DNA of 64,000 bases from a virus. Lineage: Duplodnaviria > Caudoviricetes. Each line of letters opens with the position of its first letter. Positions within the stretch are counted from its first letter, which is position 1. The position numbers and the translations under genes are program-made. The notes below the pieces were generated by a model. That model saw only the letters and a program-made list of their open reading frames with translations, had not been told where the DNA came from and did not search any database. The stretch spans positions 1 to 64,000 of IMG/VR virus record IMGVR_UViG_2706796033_000001. One strand, given 5' to 3'. Below, piece by piece: positions 31,643-40,770 of this stretch.

Positions 31643-31844
31643 TAGTTGATACTTTTGTTGATACCTGGCGGCAAAACACCCTCTGACCTGGGGTTTCTTA
31701 ACTTCACCAGCGGATTAAAAGCCCGTAGATACACCCCCTGCACACGCTGGTGTAGGGTGTCAAACATGCAGCTAAGGCGGGTTTAGAGTCTCTAGATGAC
31801 TCTAGATAACTCACCCGTAGTTGATACCTGTAGTTGATACCTGG
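31643..31844. other. putative attP: paired GTTGATAC arm-type sites flanking a candidate core
   Basis: GTTGATAC at 31645, 31657, 31820 and 31833 upstream of int; central GGATTAAAAG (31712-31721) resembles the reverse complement of a tRNA-Lys(TTT) anticodon arm. Confidence 0.65.
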
Positions 31845-31864
31845 GCACCGCGAGGGGGCGAAAC

Positions 31865-33166
31865 GTGGCCGATGAGCCAGCGAAAAATAAGAGGCGCGCG
31901 AGGGGTGATGGAGGGCTGTACCAAGACGCCAAAGGGTTGTATGTCGGCGTCGTCTGGATCACCGGTCCGGACGGCAAAAAGAAGCAGAAGCGAGTCGCCA
32001 GCAAGAGCAAAGCGGAGGCTGCCGCGAAGCTGAACAAACTGCGCGCGGACGTGCTGGCCGGTCGGGTCGGAACCACGCCGGGGAAGGTCCGGACGGTAGG
32101 TGAGTGGTTGGACTACTGGCTGACCGTTAAGAAGCGTGAGGTTCGCCCGAAGTCGTACAGCAGTTACGAGAGCACCGCGCGGTTGTACCTCAAGCCTCAT
32201 ATCGGTCATATCCGGCTGGACAAGCTGACGGTCGCTCAGGTGCGCTCTACGCTCTCGGCGCTACAGGACGGTAGTGGTGACACCACGGCGTCGACGCGGA
32301 ACGCTGAGAAGGCGTACCAGGCGCTAAACAACGCCCTCAAGCAAGCGGTCAACGAGTCCGCGATTCACCGCAACGTGTGCGATGCGATCAAAAAGCCGAA
32401 GCACCGAAAGCAACAGCGCGGCGCATTCGAGAAGAACGCGGCGGTCCACATCCTGCGGACGGCGGCCAAGCGCGACGACGAGAACGACCCTAAGCGGCCT
32501 AAGCTCGCGTCCCGGTGGGCGGCGGCGTTCATGACGGGCGCGCGGCAGGCTGAGCTGATCGGCTTGGAGTGGGATCGGGTCGACACCGAGAACGGCGTGC
32601 TGGATATCTCGTGGCAGTTGCAACGGCTCTCGTATGAGCACGGTTGCGGGGAACCTAAGGACGGTACGTATCCGTGCGGCAAGGCGCGCGTCGGGTACTG
32701 CCCAGAAAAGAAGTTTGTGCCGCCACCCGGCTTTGAGTATCGGCACTGCCACCGGTCCCTGTTCTGGACGCGGCCTAAGACGTACTCCGGCGAGCGGATC
32801 GTTCCAATGGCTCCGCTACTCGCTGAGTCGCTTAAGGTGCATTCCCGGCTCGATACAGACCCGAATCCGTACGGGCTGGTGTGGCATCACCGCGACGGTA
32901 GGCCGTTAAGCCAGGAGGACGATAACGAGCAGTGGAACATGCTGATGGCTGCGGCTGGGATTGAGAAGCTGCCACGGCAGGTGGTGTTGCATGAGGCTCG
33001 GAACACTGCGGCGACGATGCTTTTGGAGTCGGGTATCGACGCGAGGGTCATTCAGCAGATTTTGGGGCACGCGTCGATCTTGCAGACGCGCGAGTACCAG
33101 AGGGTCAGTTTGGAATTGGGAAAGAGCGCCGTCAGCAATGCGTTCGACGCTCTGCTCCCATCCTAG
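31865..33166 (+). CDS. int: tyrosine integrase
   Basis: N-terminal RARGDGGLYQ arm-binding domain; TGARQAEL (R), HEARNT (HxxR), LGH, Y. Confidence 0.95.
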   Translation: MADEPAKNKRRARGDGGLYQDAKGLYVGVVWITGPDGKKKQKRVASKSKAEAAAKLNKLRADVLAGRVGTTPGKVRTVGEWLDYWLTVKKREVRPKSYSSYESTARLYLKPHIGHIRLDKLTVAQVRSTLSALQDGSGDTTASTRNAEKAYQALNNALKQAVNESAIHRNVCDAIKKPKHRKQQRGAFEKNAAVHILRTAAKRDDENDPKRPKLASRWAAAFMTGARQAELIGLEWDRVDTENGVLDISWQLQRLSYEHGCGEPKDGTYPCGKARVGYCPEKKFVPPPGFEYRHCHRSLFWTRPKTYSGERIVPMAPLLAESLKVHSRLDTDPNPYGLVWHHRDGRPLSQEDDNEQWNMLMAAAGIEKLPRQVVLHEARNTAATMLLESGIDARVIQQILGHASILQTREYQRVSLELGKSAVSNAFDALLPS

Positions 33167-33946
33167 TTAGAAAGCGCCGTCGAGCTGCTTAGGCGTGGGC
33201 CGGTTCTTAACCCTGCGCTTAAGCGGCTTCTCGGCGCGGATGCGCCGCCACATGTGGGCCTTAAGGTGGCGCTGCTTGCGGCTCCACGAAAGGCTCATGG
33301 TGACCATCCAGAGGGATGCTGCAATGACCGTGATTCGCCAGGGCCAGCGCCCCTCAGCTACTCCAATGGTGATCGGCGCTGCGAGCGCTAGTCCGGTGGC
33401 GATCAGGTAGAGGTTGGCGATTAGCGGTGAGCGCGGATCGGTTTGACGGATGCGCCAGAACAGCCAGCAGGTGTGGGTGAGTAGCCACGCGTAGACGGCG
33501 ATTGTGAGCGGCGTAATGGCCGCGTGGTCGCCAGTTACCCACAGCCCGACGATTGTCGGCGTGGTCACCGTCAAAGGGACGCCTAGGTGGCTATTGAGCA
33601 GAGCGTCCTTATACGGGCGGGTCCAGTCCATGCGTTCGATGAGTCCACCAAGGAATACCGCGTAGCCGATCATGAGCATGATGTGACCGACGAGGAACTG
33701 TGCGGAGATATGGCTGTAACTAAACGTGTTGGGGGACAGCGGATTAAACACTGAGAGCCAGGGGGATAAGAGGGCCAATGCTGTGAGTACCAGCGCGGAG
33801 CTGGCGGTGGGGCCTGTCTCCCATCGAATGTGCCAGGTGTTTCGGCGTAGTACCTGGTTGGCGATTCCTACAGCGATCAGCGTCCACATGAGCGCGTGGT
33901 CTACGAGGGAGGTTAGTTCGTTGGCAAGGTGGAGCTGTTCAAGCAT
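33167..33946 (-). CDS. multi-pass membrane protein
   Basis: About 7 hydrophobic segments; downstream of repressor, same strand. Confidence 0.75.
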   Translation of the reverse strand: MLEQLHLANELTSLVDHALMWTLIAVGIANQVLRRNTWHIRWETGPTASSALVLTALALLSPWLSVFNPLSPNTFSYSHISAQFLVGHIMLMIGYAVFLGGLIERMDWTRPYKDALLNSHLGVPLTVTTPTIVGLWVTGDHAAITPLTIAVYAWLLTHTCWLFWRIRQTDPRSPLIANLYLIATGLALAAPITIGVAEGRWPWRITVIAASLWMVTMSLSWSRKQRHLKAHMWRRIRAEKPLKRRVKNRPTPKQLDGAF

Positions 33947-34095
33947 AGGGTCGTGCCTTTACGGGAGGGGCTGGACTCACGTCCGGGTGGGAGGGGAAAC
34001 GGCTTGTGACTCAGGCCGTTACAGGGAATGTACTGCCCTGGTTACACCGTCGTCAATGGCCGTTTTCCCGCTAGCAACCTCCCACAAAATCCGCA

Positions 34096-34476
34096 TTACA
34101 GAGGCGGAATATCGGTGCGTGCCCTGGGCCGGTTAAGTCGGCCCCTGCTCCGTCTCCTCACTGCCGTTAGCACCGGAGGGTCCAACGGCGCGTCACCCCC
34201 GTCAGCGATGACCTCACCCTCCCGCTCAAGGAAGTCGATCAGGTCCGTCTTGGATATGTGCCCGAAGCGCACCAGCAGATCAACCTTGTCGAGGTTGAAG
34301 TGCTCAGCGACGGCCATGAGGTTGGGGATGCTGTTCAGCACGCCCTTATCCCGCTGCTCGTAGTAGGTAGAGCGGGAGATACCGAGCGCGCTCAGGGCCT
34401 CTTGCATACGTACCTGACGTTTAAGTAGGTAGCTCACCACAACGATCAGGTCATTGTCTTCGTCTCTGGCCGACAT
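34096..34476 (-). CDS. immunity repressor (HTH)
   Basis: ALGISRSTYY HTH; divergent from Cro-like gene, next to integrase. Confidence 0.8.
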   Translation of the reverse strand: MSARDEDNDLIVVVSYLLKRQVRMQEALSALGISRSTYYEQRDKGVLNSIPNLMAVAEHFNLDKVDLLVRFGHISKTDLIDFLEREGEVIADGGDAPLDPPVLTAVRRRSRGRLNRPRARTDIPPL

Positions 34477-34487
34477 GCCGACCATCT

Positions 34488-34505
34488 TGTCCGACTGTCG
34501 GGACA
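34488..34505. promoter_or_regulatory. operator-like palindrome (degenerate)
   Basis: TGTCCGA-CTGT-CGGGACA upstream of repressor. Confidence 0.6.
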
Positions 34506-34554
34506 AGTGTCAACCCGGCTGACCAGCAAAGACGGTCTTACACGGCTGTAATTC

Positions 34555-34572
34555 TGTCCGAAAAGTCGGACA
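34555..34572. promoter_or_regulatory. operator-like palindrome TGTCCGA-N4-TCGGACA
   Basis: Perfect 7-bp inverted halves in the repressor/cro intergenic region. Confidence 0.7.
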
Positions 34573-34613
34573 AATCCCTTCCGGATCGGATCGGGCTGTG
34601 TATCGTTCTCACC

Positions 34614-34901
34614 GTGACGCCGACAACCTCCCAAACCTCAGCCCACACGATTCGCTGGATTCCCGAAGCAGTGGAGAATCTGCTGCATAACCACGACATT
34701 CTGACTCGCACTGAGCTTGCAAACGCGCTGGGTGTAGCGCGTTCCACCGTGTACCGCACGTTCGATGACGACTGGTCCGGTGAGCCGAGCATGACGATGC
34801 TGGCGCGGATGGCGGGCCACTTCAGAGTCCCCCTTAACCGCATCGTTACCGAGCCGGGGCGGACAAACACGCGCCGCAGAAATGTCCGGTTGGCCGGATG
34901 A
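34614..34901 (+). CDS. Cro-like HTH regulator
   Basis: ELANALGVARSTVYR HTH, divergent from repressor. Confidence 0.8.
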   Translation: MTPTTSQTSAHTIRWIPEAVENLLHNHDILTRTELANALGVARSTVYRTFDDDWSGEPSMTMLARMAGHFRVPLNRIVTEPGRTNTRRRNVRLAG

Positions 34902-35113
34902 CCGCCAACACAGCGCTTCTGTCCGATGAGCCAGACAGGTTGCTCGTTACTCGCCCAGAAGCCGCCCGAATCCTTGGCCTGTCCGTCCCTGAGATTGACC
35001 GGCTGCGCCACAAAGGAAAGCTGCTGGCGAAAAAGCACGGCTCAAAGGTGCTGTTCCCGATGAAAGAGCTTGAGCGTTTCGCCAATGACCTGCCTTGGGA
35101 GCTTGACCAGTGA
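34898..35113 (+). CDS. xis: excisionase / recombination directionality factor
   Basis: HTH_17-like TRPEAARILGLS...L...GKL. Confidence 0.75.
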   Translation: MTANTALLSDEPDRLLVTRPEAARILGLSVPEIDRLRHKGKLLAKKHGSKVLFPMKELERFANDLPWELDQ

Positions 35114-35472
35114 CTAGAACCCGCATTGAACCCGATGCCGAAGCTGTCGAAGAACTTAAGGCCGCGTTAGAGCGGCTAAGGAAGGACGGATGGAACCGTG
35201 GAAAGTTTCACGATGTCGCAACAGGCAAGTGCTGTGCTCTTGGGGCATTCGGCTACTCGTTTCCCACGGAGTCGCCCGGCGTTAAGTACCTCGCCTACGC
35301 AGTCCGCACCCGCAAAGGCGGGCACCCATACCCGGCAGACATGCCAGATATGTCCGTCGTCATTCGTTTCAACGATGCACATGGCCGAAAGTGGGCAGAG
35401 GTCGAGGCCGTATTCCTCGCCGCTATCCGTTACGCGGAAGGTAAAGGCGTCTATGTCCGAGAAGGCCGTTAG
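35110..35472 (+). CDS. hypothetical protein (DUF6197-like)
   Basis: GW.RG...CCALGA...FND motif. Confidence 0.6.
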   Translation: MTRTRIEPDAEAVEELKAALERLRKDGWNRGKFHDVATGKCCALGAFGYSFPTESPGVKYLAYAVRTRKGGHPYPADMPDMSVVIRFNDAHGRKWAEVEAVFLAAIRYAEGKGVYVREGR

Positions 35473-35559
35473 GGATAACGTGCTGGCCGCTGTGTCGCTG
35501 GCTGCGTTGATCTTGCTCGGTGCCATCGTTCTTAGCGAGCTGTTCGCGGGGTGGCAGGC

Positions 35560-35976
35560 ATGAGTACAGCGCCAGTACAGAAACTTGGTTCTATTGTTTC
35601 CGTATCCCCCGAAAACTCCGTAGAGTTATTAGTAGAGGGGGAGGGGATGAGAAAGTTCCGAGACGTGATCAACGAAGCGCGAAAGGTCGCAATGTTGAAT
35701 CCCCTTGGACGTAACACCGGTAAGGGTTACTTCGAGTATGGAGAGCCTTGCTGCTTCTTCGGTCACGTCTTGGAACGTCTCTTGCTCCCTAACGTTGCCA
35801 AATGGGAAATTGCCCTCTTTAACACCTACACACTTGCTGAATTGCCCTGGTCCTGTTGGGGCATTGAAGAACCTAACGAATATCAGCGGTTGTGGATCGC
35901 TAAGGTCCAAGCCGCTGCCGATAACGGGGATTCGTGGATTATCGCTATTGCGATGGCTGACGCGACTCTCATTTAG
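35560..35976 (+). CDS. hypothetical protein
   Basis: ORF with PCCFFGH; lower GC than flanks. Confidence 0.6.
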   Translation: MSTAPVQKLGSIVSVSPENSVELLVEGEGMRKFRDVINEARKVAMLNPLGRNTGKGYFEYGEPCCFFGHVLERLLLPNVAKWEIALFNTYTLAELPWSCWGIEEPNEYQRLWIAKVQAAADNGDSWIIAIAMADATLI

Positions 35977-36034
35977 ATTTCAGCTACGCACCTGAGGCTG
36001 GCTAAACAAATCAGCTGCACACATAAGTAATAAC

Positions 36035-36380
36035 TGTTGACCTCTACGAAGTAACTCCGTTGCCGGAGCGTCTGTGTTCAGTGTCCAGACGGCAGAGTGG
36101 TTCGCCTGCAAGTAAGTCAGCATGAGTACGTAACCCGTTCACCGTCCTGTGCATTGGGCCTATTCGGTGAATGGGGGTAGCGATACGCGGTTGGTGCCTG
36201 AGGGTGACCGCCACTGCTTTAACTGACCCGCTAGTGGTGTTAAAGCATCCAGGTTCAATTCCTGGGTATCGCACTGGGCCGGGAGGTTGAGGCGCACGGC
36301 ACTAACGGGCATTAGTGCTTGGGCGCGGGACGTAAGGGTGTGGCGTTCGCGCTGCCTTGTCGCGCTCCCTCCCGGCCATT
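36035..36380 (+). ncRNA. candidate multi-domain structured RNA including a tRNA-like domain (36180-36273)
   Basis: GCGATAC/GTATCGC acceptor-like stem, CCAGG-TTCAATT-CCTGG T-arm, further 7-11 bp stems in an ORF-poor gap. Confidence 0.6.
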
Positions 36381-36422
36381 CTCTTCACCACCGATCACCA
36401 CATCACCACGAAAGGGCGCGCT

Positions 36423-36779
36423 ATGACAGTTATCTACTTGGGCGAACCCACCGGCCCACGACTTCGGTGCCTTAGCCGCTCAAAAGAGCGGGAGCTGGAC
36501 GAATGGCTGACAGACGCGCTTAAGCATGGTGGTCCACGCGACCACGACGTTCCCGTCGACTACACCCGCGCGCTTAGCGCCTTAGCTAAGCGTCGGGGAA
36601 TCCAGTTCCACTTCAACGGCGACCGGATGCGCGTACGTGGCGAAGTGGTTTTGGGGCAGAACTTGCCCGGCTGTGTTGGCGGGTCGAAACGAAAGGTCAC
36701 GGTTACCGACGAACGCTCTGCTGTTACGAAACTTGGAAACCGCGTCGAACCTTGGAATATGAGGGATTGGCGTGAATGA
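36423..36779 (+). CDS. hypothetical protein
   Basis: GAAAGGG SD plus ATG. Confidence 0.55.
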   Translation: MTVIYLGEPTGPRLRCLSRSKERELDEWLTDALKHGGPRDHDVPVDYTRALSALAKRRGIQFHFNGDRMRVRGEVVLGQNLPGCVGGSKRKVTVTDERSAVTKLGNRVEPWNMRDWRE

Positions 36780-36969
36780 GTTGACACCTGGGGTACAGGC
36801 GATGTACCTTGATTACTGCAAGGAGTACGGAAAGTGGCAAAGCAGTTTTCTTGCCCGCTGGAATGTGGAGCCTCGTACAGCGAGCAATACCAGCTCCACC
36901 TTCACGAATACGCATCCGAAAAAGGCATCCTTCCGACGTGTGGTCGGGGGGCCGAACGAAAGGCGCGCT

Positions 36970-37803
36970 ATGCCGGAGGCGATCACGCTGCAAACGGACT
37001 TGAGGCAGCCTGAGAAGCTAATGCTGGCCGGGGACTGGCACGGCAATCTGCCGTGGGCGTTCAAGGCGATCCACTTCGCTAAGGCGCACGGTGCAGACAC
37101 GATCCTGCACGTGGGCGACTTTGGCTGGTGGGCACCGATTGAGCGGACGTTCCAGTTCCTCGCGGAGGTCGACAAAGAGCTTAAGGCGACCGGTATCGAC
37201 CTTCTTTGGGTCGACGGTAACCACGAGGACCACGCGTTTTGGCACCAGTTCAATAAGCCGGGGTCGTATCCGCTGACCACCATGTCTTACTCAAGCATCA
37301 CGCACTTGCCGCGTGGCTTCCGGTGGAAATGGTGGGGCGATACATGGATGGCGCTGGGTGGCGCTCACTCCGTGGATCGGAGCTGGGCCGTCGAGGGCCA
37401 AACCTGGTGGCCGGGCGAGTGGTTGCAGGACGACCAGCTCGAGTACGCCATGCGGCCCGGCAAGGTGGACATAATCGTGTCGCACGACGCGCCGACCAAC
37501 GTCGACATTCCCGGCATCGTGCCCGGTAAGGCGATTTACCTGCATATCGGCGGCATGAAGCGCCGCGTTCCACAGGCCGACTTGCTTAAGGCTGAGGAGC
37601 ACCGCGCTCGTATCCAGCAGGTTGTGGACGCGGTTAAACCCGTCGAGCTTTACCACGGCCATTACCACCGCGCTTACCAGTCGTTGTCGCGCCATGAGGG
37701 CGGCGGCTACACGCTGTGTCGTGGCCTGGATAAGGACGAAACCACGATGGCTCAGAACACCCATTTCATTACGGGAGGCACGCAGGATGACGACGACGAC
37801 TAA
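36970..37803 (+). CDS. calcineurin-like metallophosphoesterase
   Basis: DWHGN, GDFG, GNHE, HDAP, HGHYH motifs (frame is open from 36772). Confidence 0.9.
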   Translation: MPEAITLQTDLRQPEKLMLAGDWHGNLPWAFKAIHFAKAHGADTILHVGDFGWWAPIERTFQFLAEVDKELKATGIDLLWVDGNHEDHAFWHQFNKPGSYPLTTMSYSSITHLPRGFRWKWWGDTWMALGGAHSVDRSWAVEGQTWWPGEWLQDDQLEYAMRPGKVDIIVSHDAPTNVDIPGIVPGKAIYLHIGGMKRRVPQADLLKAEEHRARIQQVVDAVKPVELYHGHYHRAYQSLSRHEGGGYTLCRGLDKDETTMAQNTHFITGGTQDDDDD

Positions 37804-38119
37804 CCCTGAGCGTGAGGTCTGCCGGATGCCTAGCGGTGCCCTGACGATTAAGGGCACTAGCGTTTGGCTGCCGGATGATCCTGACCTTTTGGAGCGGGAG
37901 CGCCAGGAGGCCGCGCAGCGGCTTACCGACATTCTCGCGGCTAAGCGTTTCCTGCTTGAGGAGCAGGACCGGGAGTACGGCGGCGCTATCGACTTCGCTA
38001 CCCGTAAGGCTAACGAGGAGTGCGGTCGCGCCAACCAGGTTCTCTACCGGGATATGTCCACCCGCGATCAGCGTTGGTGGGTCGCTTTCCTTAAGGCGGT
38101 GCGCCATGAGGGCGAGTGA
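37787..38119 (+). CDS. hypothetical protein
   Basis: GGAGG SD, coupled ORF. Confidence 0.55.
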   Translation: MTTTTNPEREVCRMPSGALTIKGTSVWLPDDPDLLERERQEAAQRLTDILAAKRFLLEEQDREYGGAIDFATRKANEECGRANQVLYRDMSTRDQRWWVAFLKAVRHEGE

Positions 38120-38313
38120 GCGGCTAGCGGAGCGCAACGACATTCTCGAAGTCATCGCTGAGATTGATTCTGAGCTGTCTGCGCTTGTCGGCATTAGGTC
38201 TTTCCGCGCGGCGCAGGAGGCGCGGGAGAAATTGGATATCCGCCGGGGTTTGGAGGCGGAACTTAACGCGCTCGGGTTTAAAGCGCCTGAGCTTGACGAA
38301 AGGTTGAAGCACC

Positions 38314-38559
38314 GTGAGGTTACTCGCAGCAGTGCTGCTACTGGCGGTGATCGTGCTGGCGGTAGTGGCAGCGGTTCAGTGGTTGCGAAACGCCGTATTG
38401 GACCGTCGCCTCAAGCGAGCTAACGACCCTTTGCAGTACCTCACCCGGAAGGAGCGCCGGGAACATGCGCGGGCGCTCGCTAAGCGCCACCTGTCCGAGG
38501 CGGATGAGGCGTATTACCAGCGCCTTAACGAAATGCTCAAAGTCACCCCGGTTCTGTAA
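38314..38559 (+). CDS. membrane protein
   Basis: N-terminal TM helix. Confidence 0.6.
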   Translation: MRLLAAVLLLAVIVLAVVAAVQWLRNAVLDRRLKRANDPLQYLTRKERREHARALAKRHLSEADEAYYQRLNEMLKVTPVL

Positions 38560-38596
38560 CTCAGGACCATCCTCTAAGAAAGGTAATCGCACCAAA

Positions 38597-38725
38597 ATGA
38601 AGAAGATCATGGAGTTCTTCGGTTTCACGTCGGCTGGCACGTTCATGAAGGAATGGAAGGCGCTGACCGAGACCGATCAGGCTCAGCTCAAGGCCGGTAT
38701 CGAGGACGGCTCGCTGACCTACTAA
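38597..38725 (+). CDS. small hypothetical protein
   Basis: GAAAGG SD; FMKEWKALT...QLKAGI.DGSLTY. Confidence 0.6.
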   Translation: MKKIMEFFGFTSAGTFMKEWKALTETDQAQLKAGIEDGSLTY

Positions 38726-38736
38726 CTGCGCTCCCT

Positions 38737-38776
38737 AACTAAGCCCCTGCTAACTCCGGTTGGTGGGGGCTTAGTT
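38737..38776 (+). terminator. hairpin / possible terminator
   Basis: AACTAAGCCCC...GGGGCTTAGTT inverted repeat. Confidence 0.5.
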
Positions 38777-38815
38777 GTGCGCGAAATAAACCCTTTCAGG
38801 AAAGGAATCCTTACG

Positions 38816-39775
38816 TTGAACCGTAAGAAAATCGCGGCTATTGCCGTGGCTGCGGCTGCCGTTCTGCCGGTCGTCGCATGTTCGACTTCGGTCCCGGCGG
38901 GCGTAACTGCCGTCAAGGTGGAGGACTACGCGTTTATCCCGACCGATCCGACCGTCGAGGGCTGCATGAAGCCGGAGACGAACGAGTACAACCCTATCGG
39001 CGGGTTCAAGGCGTACATGTACCCGGCCCGGCAGATCAGCTACGACGCGCTTGACGCTGAGGGCACGGAGGCTCCGGCCACTGTCGTCGTGTCGAACGCA
39101 TCGGCTCCGGCTGAGCTTAAGGTGCCGGTGACGGTCACGTTCGACCTCACGTCGGACTGTGAGCTGCTTAAGCAGTTCCATCGGGACTTCGGCACGAAGT
39201 ACCAGGGCTGGCTTAACGATGACGGCACCACTTCGCAGGGCTGGAAAGACCTGCTGAATTACGTCGTCGGCCAGCCGTTGCAGAACACGTTGGTGTCGAT
39301 TGCGCAGAAGTACGAATGGCGCAAGATTTGGAACGACGAGGCTGTGCGCGTCGAGTTCCAGAACGCGCTGCGCGAGACGCTGCCTAAGGTGTCGCGCGAC
39401 CGTACTAACGGCGTCGACTACTTCACCAACTTTCAGGTGACCGTGATGAAGCCGGACCCGGTTGACGCGAACCTCAAGTCCGCGATCATTGCGGAACAGC
39501 AGGCCATCGCTCAGGCCAAGGCTGCCGAGGCTAAGGGTGTGGCGGACGCGAACGCTGCCGAGGCTAAGGCTAAGGCTGATGTGGCGGCGGCGACTGCGCA
39601 GACCGAGGTTGCGCGGCAGGAGGCGTTGAAGCGTCAGGCTGAGGTCAGCGGCTACCCGTCCGTTGACGACTATCTGCGGGCGCTGGAAATCAACGCTAAG
39701 CGCGATGCGGTGAGCGCGGGTATCAATCCGTGGCCTTCGCCGATTGTGGCTGGCGTTCCGACTGCCGGTCGCTAA
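38816..39775 (+). CDS. SPFH/band-7-like lipoprotein
   Basis: Lipobox VVAC, SPFH-like core, AEA-rich C-terminal coiled coil. Confidence 0.75.
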   Translation: MNRKKIAAIAVAAAAVLPVVACSTSVPAGVTAVKVEDYAFIPTDPTVEGCMKPETNEYNPIGGFKAYMYPARQISYDALDAEGTEAPATVVVSNASAPAELKVPVTVTFDLTSDCELLKQFHRDFGTKYQGWLNDDGTTSQGWKDLLNYVVGQPLQNTLVSIAQKYEWRKIWNDEAVRVEFQNALRETLPKVSRDRTNGVDYFTNFQVTVMKPDPVDANLKSAIIAEQQAIAQAKAAEAKGVADANAAEAKAKADVAAATAQTEVARQEALKRQAEVSGYPSVDDYLRALEINAKRDAVSAGINPWPSPIVAGVPTAGR

Positions 39776-39955
39776 TGCTTAGCCGTATCAAGCCGCGTGA
39801 TTGGCTTTTCCTGGCGATCTGCACCGTGGTTATAGCGACCACTGTTGCAGCCCTGCTGCTCATCGGCTAATTGACTCTCCCTAGGTGGGGCGCGCATACC
39901 TAGGGGTGATTAACGCACGCGCATCCTAAACCCTTGAGAACTAAGGAAAAACACC

Positions 39956-40405
39956 ATGTCGAAAAAGTCTCTGTTCAAGCAACCGGGTGTCGAGCAGTTG
40001 ATTCCCGGCGCAGAGCTGCCGGTCGGCGTTAAGGTCACCGGTCGCAACATGCACGCGGTGTCTCTGCTCGCGTCGGTGAGCGGCGAGACGCTGGGTCGTC
40101 GGACCATCGTTAAGTCGTACTTTGAGGCGGACGGCTCCCTGTCTCACGTCAGGCTGGTTGACGAGGACGGCACCGTCGATATCAAGGCGGGCAGCTACAT
40201 GATGCTGGGCGACGACCGCGAGACCATCGTGATTGCGAACGCGCAGGACTACGCCGCTATTAAGTCGCTGCTCCCTCTGGTTGGCGCGCTGGGGGACGTA
40301 TTCTCCACTCTTGCGGCAGCTGGGGCTAAGACCGGCCTCCCCATTTTCGATAGCCTGTTTGACGGGCTGTCGGGTACCTTGCCGAACATTTTTGGCGGCG
40401 TCTAA
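39956..40405 (+). CDS. hypothetical protein
   Basis: AAGGA SD, 149 aa. Confidence 0.6.
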   Translation: MSKKSLFKQPGVEQLIPGAELPVGVKVTGRNMHAVSLLASVSGETLGRRTIVKSYFEADGSLSHVRLVDEDGTVDIKAGSYMMLGDDRETIVIANAQDYAAIKSLLPLVGALGDVFSTLAAAGAKTGLPIFDSLFDGLSGTLPNIFGGV

Positions 40406-40644
40406 TGGCGCTGTTCAAAAAGAGCGTGCCCGTCGTCGCTCCACCCAAGTCCGTAGCGTCGATTACGGCTGGGCTGAGCGATACCCTCGCTGAGCTTGAG
40501 GCTCACGCCGACGACCAGGCAGAGCAGGTTTCGTTTCAGAACATGCTCGCGGCCCAGGCGCGGAACGCCGCTAAGGCGCATGAGGTAGAGCACGACAAGG
40601 CGCGCAAGATTGCCGGGAATATCAAGGCGCTACTCGACGCGTGA
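40405..40644 (+). CDS. hypothetical coiled-coil protein
   Basis: Coupled ORF. Confidence 0.6.
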   Translation: MALFKKSVPVVAPPKSVASITAGLSDTLAELEAHADDQAEQVSFQNMLAAQARNAAKAHEVEHDKARKIAGNIKALLDA

Positions 40645-40770
40645 TCAATTTCGTTTTGCGGAACCTGTCCGCGCTTCATTACTTCCGTAAGGAGCGCGGC
40701 AGGTTTCCCACACTCAAAGAATTTCGTGATGAAACACGATGACACTACGACTTTGCCCTAAGGAGCATTA

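Noticed and set aside
36180-36273. Canonical tRNA, amber suppressor, tRNA-Sec/Pyl or tmRNA
   Set aside because: There is no normal D loop, no U33 and an over-long anticodon-position stem. It has no CCA, tmRNA-type ends or tag ORF. Kept only as tRNA-like.
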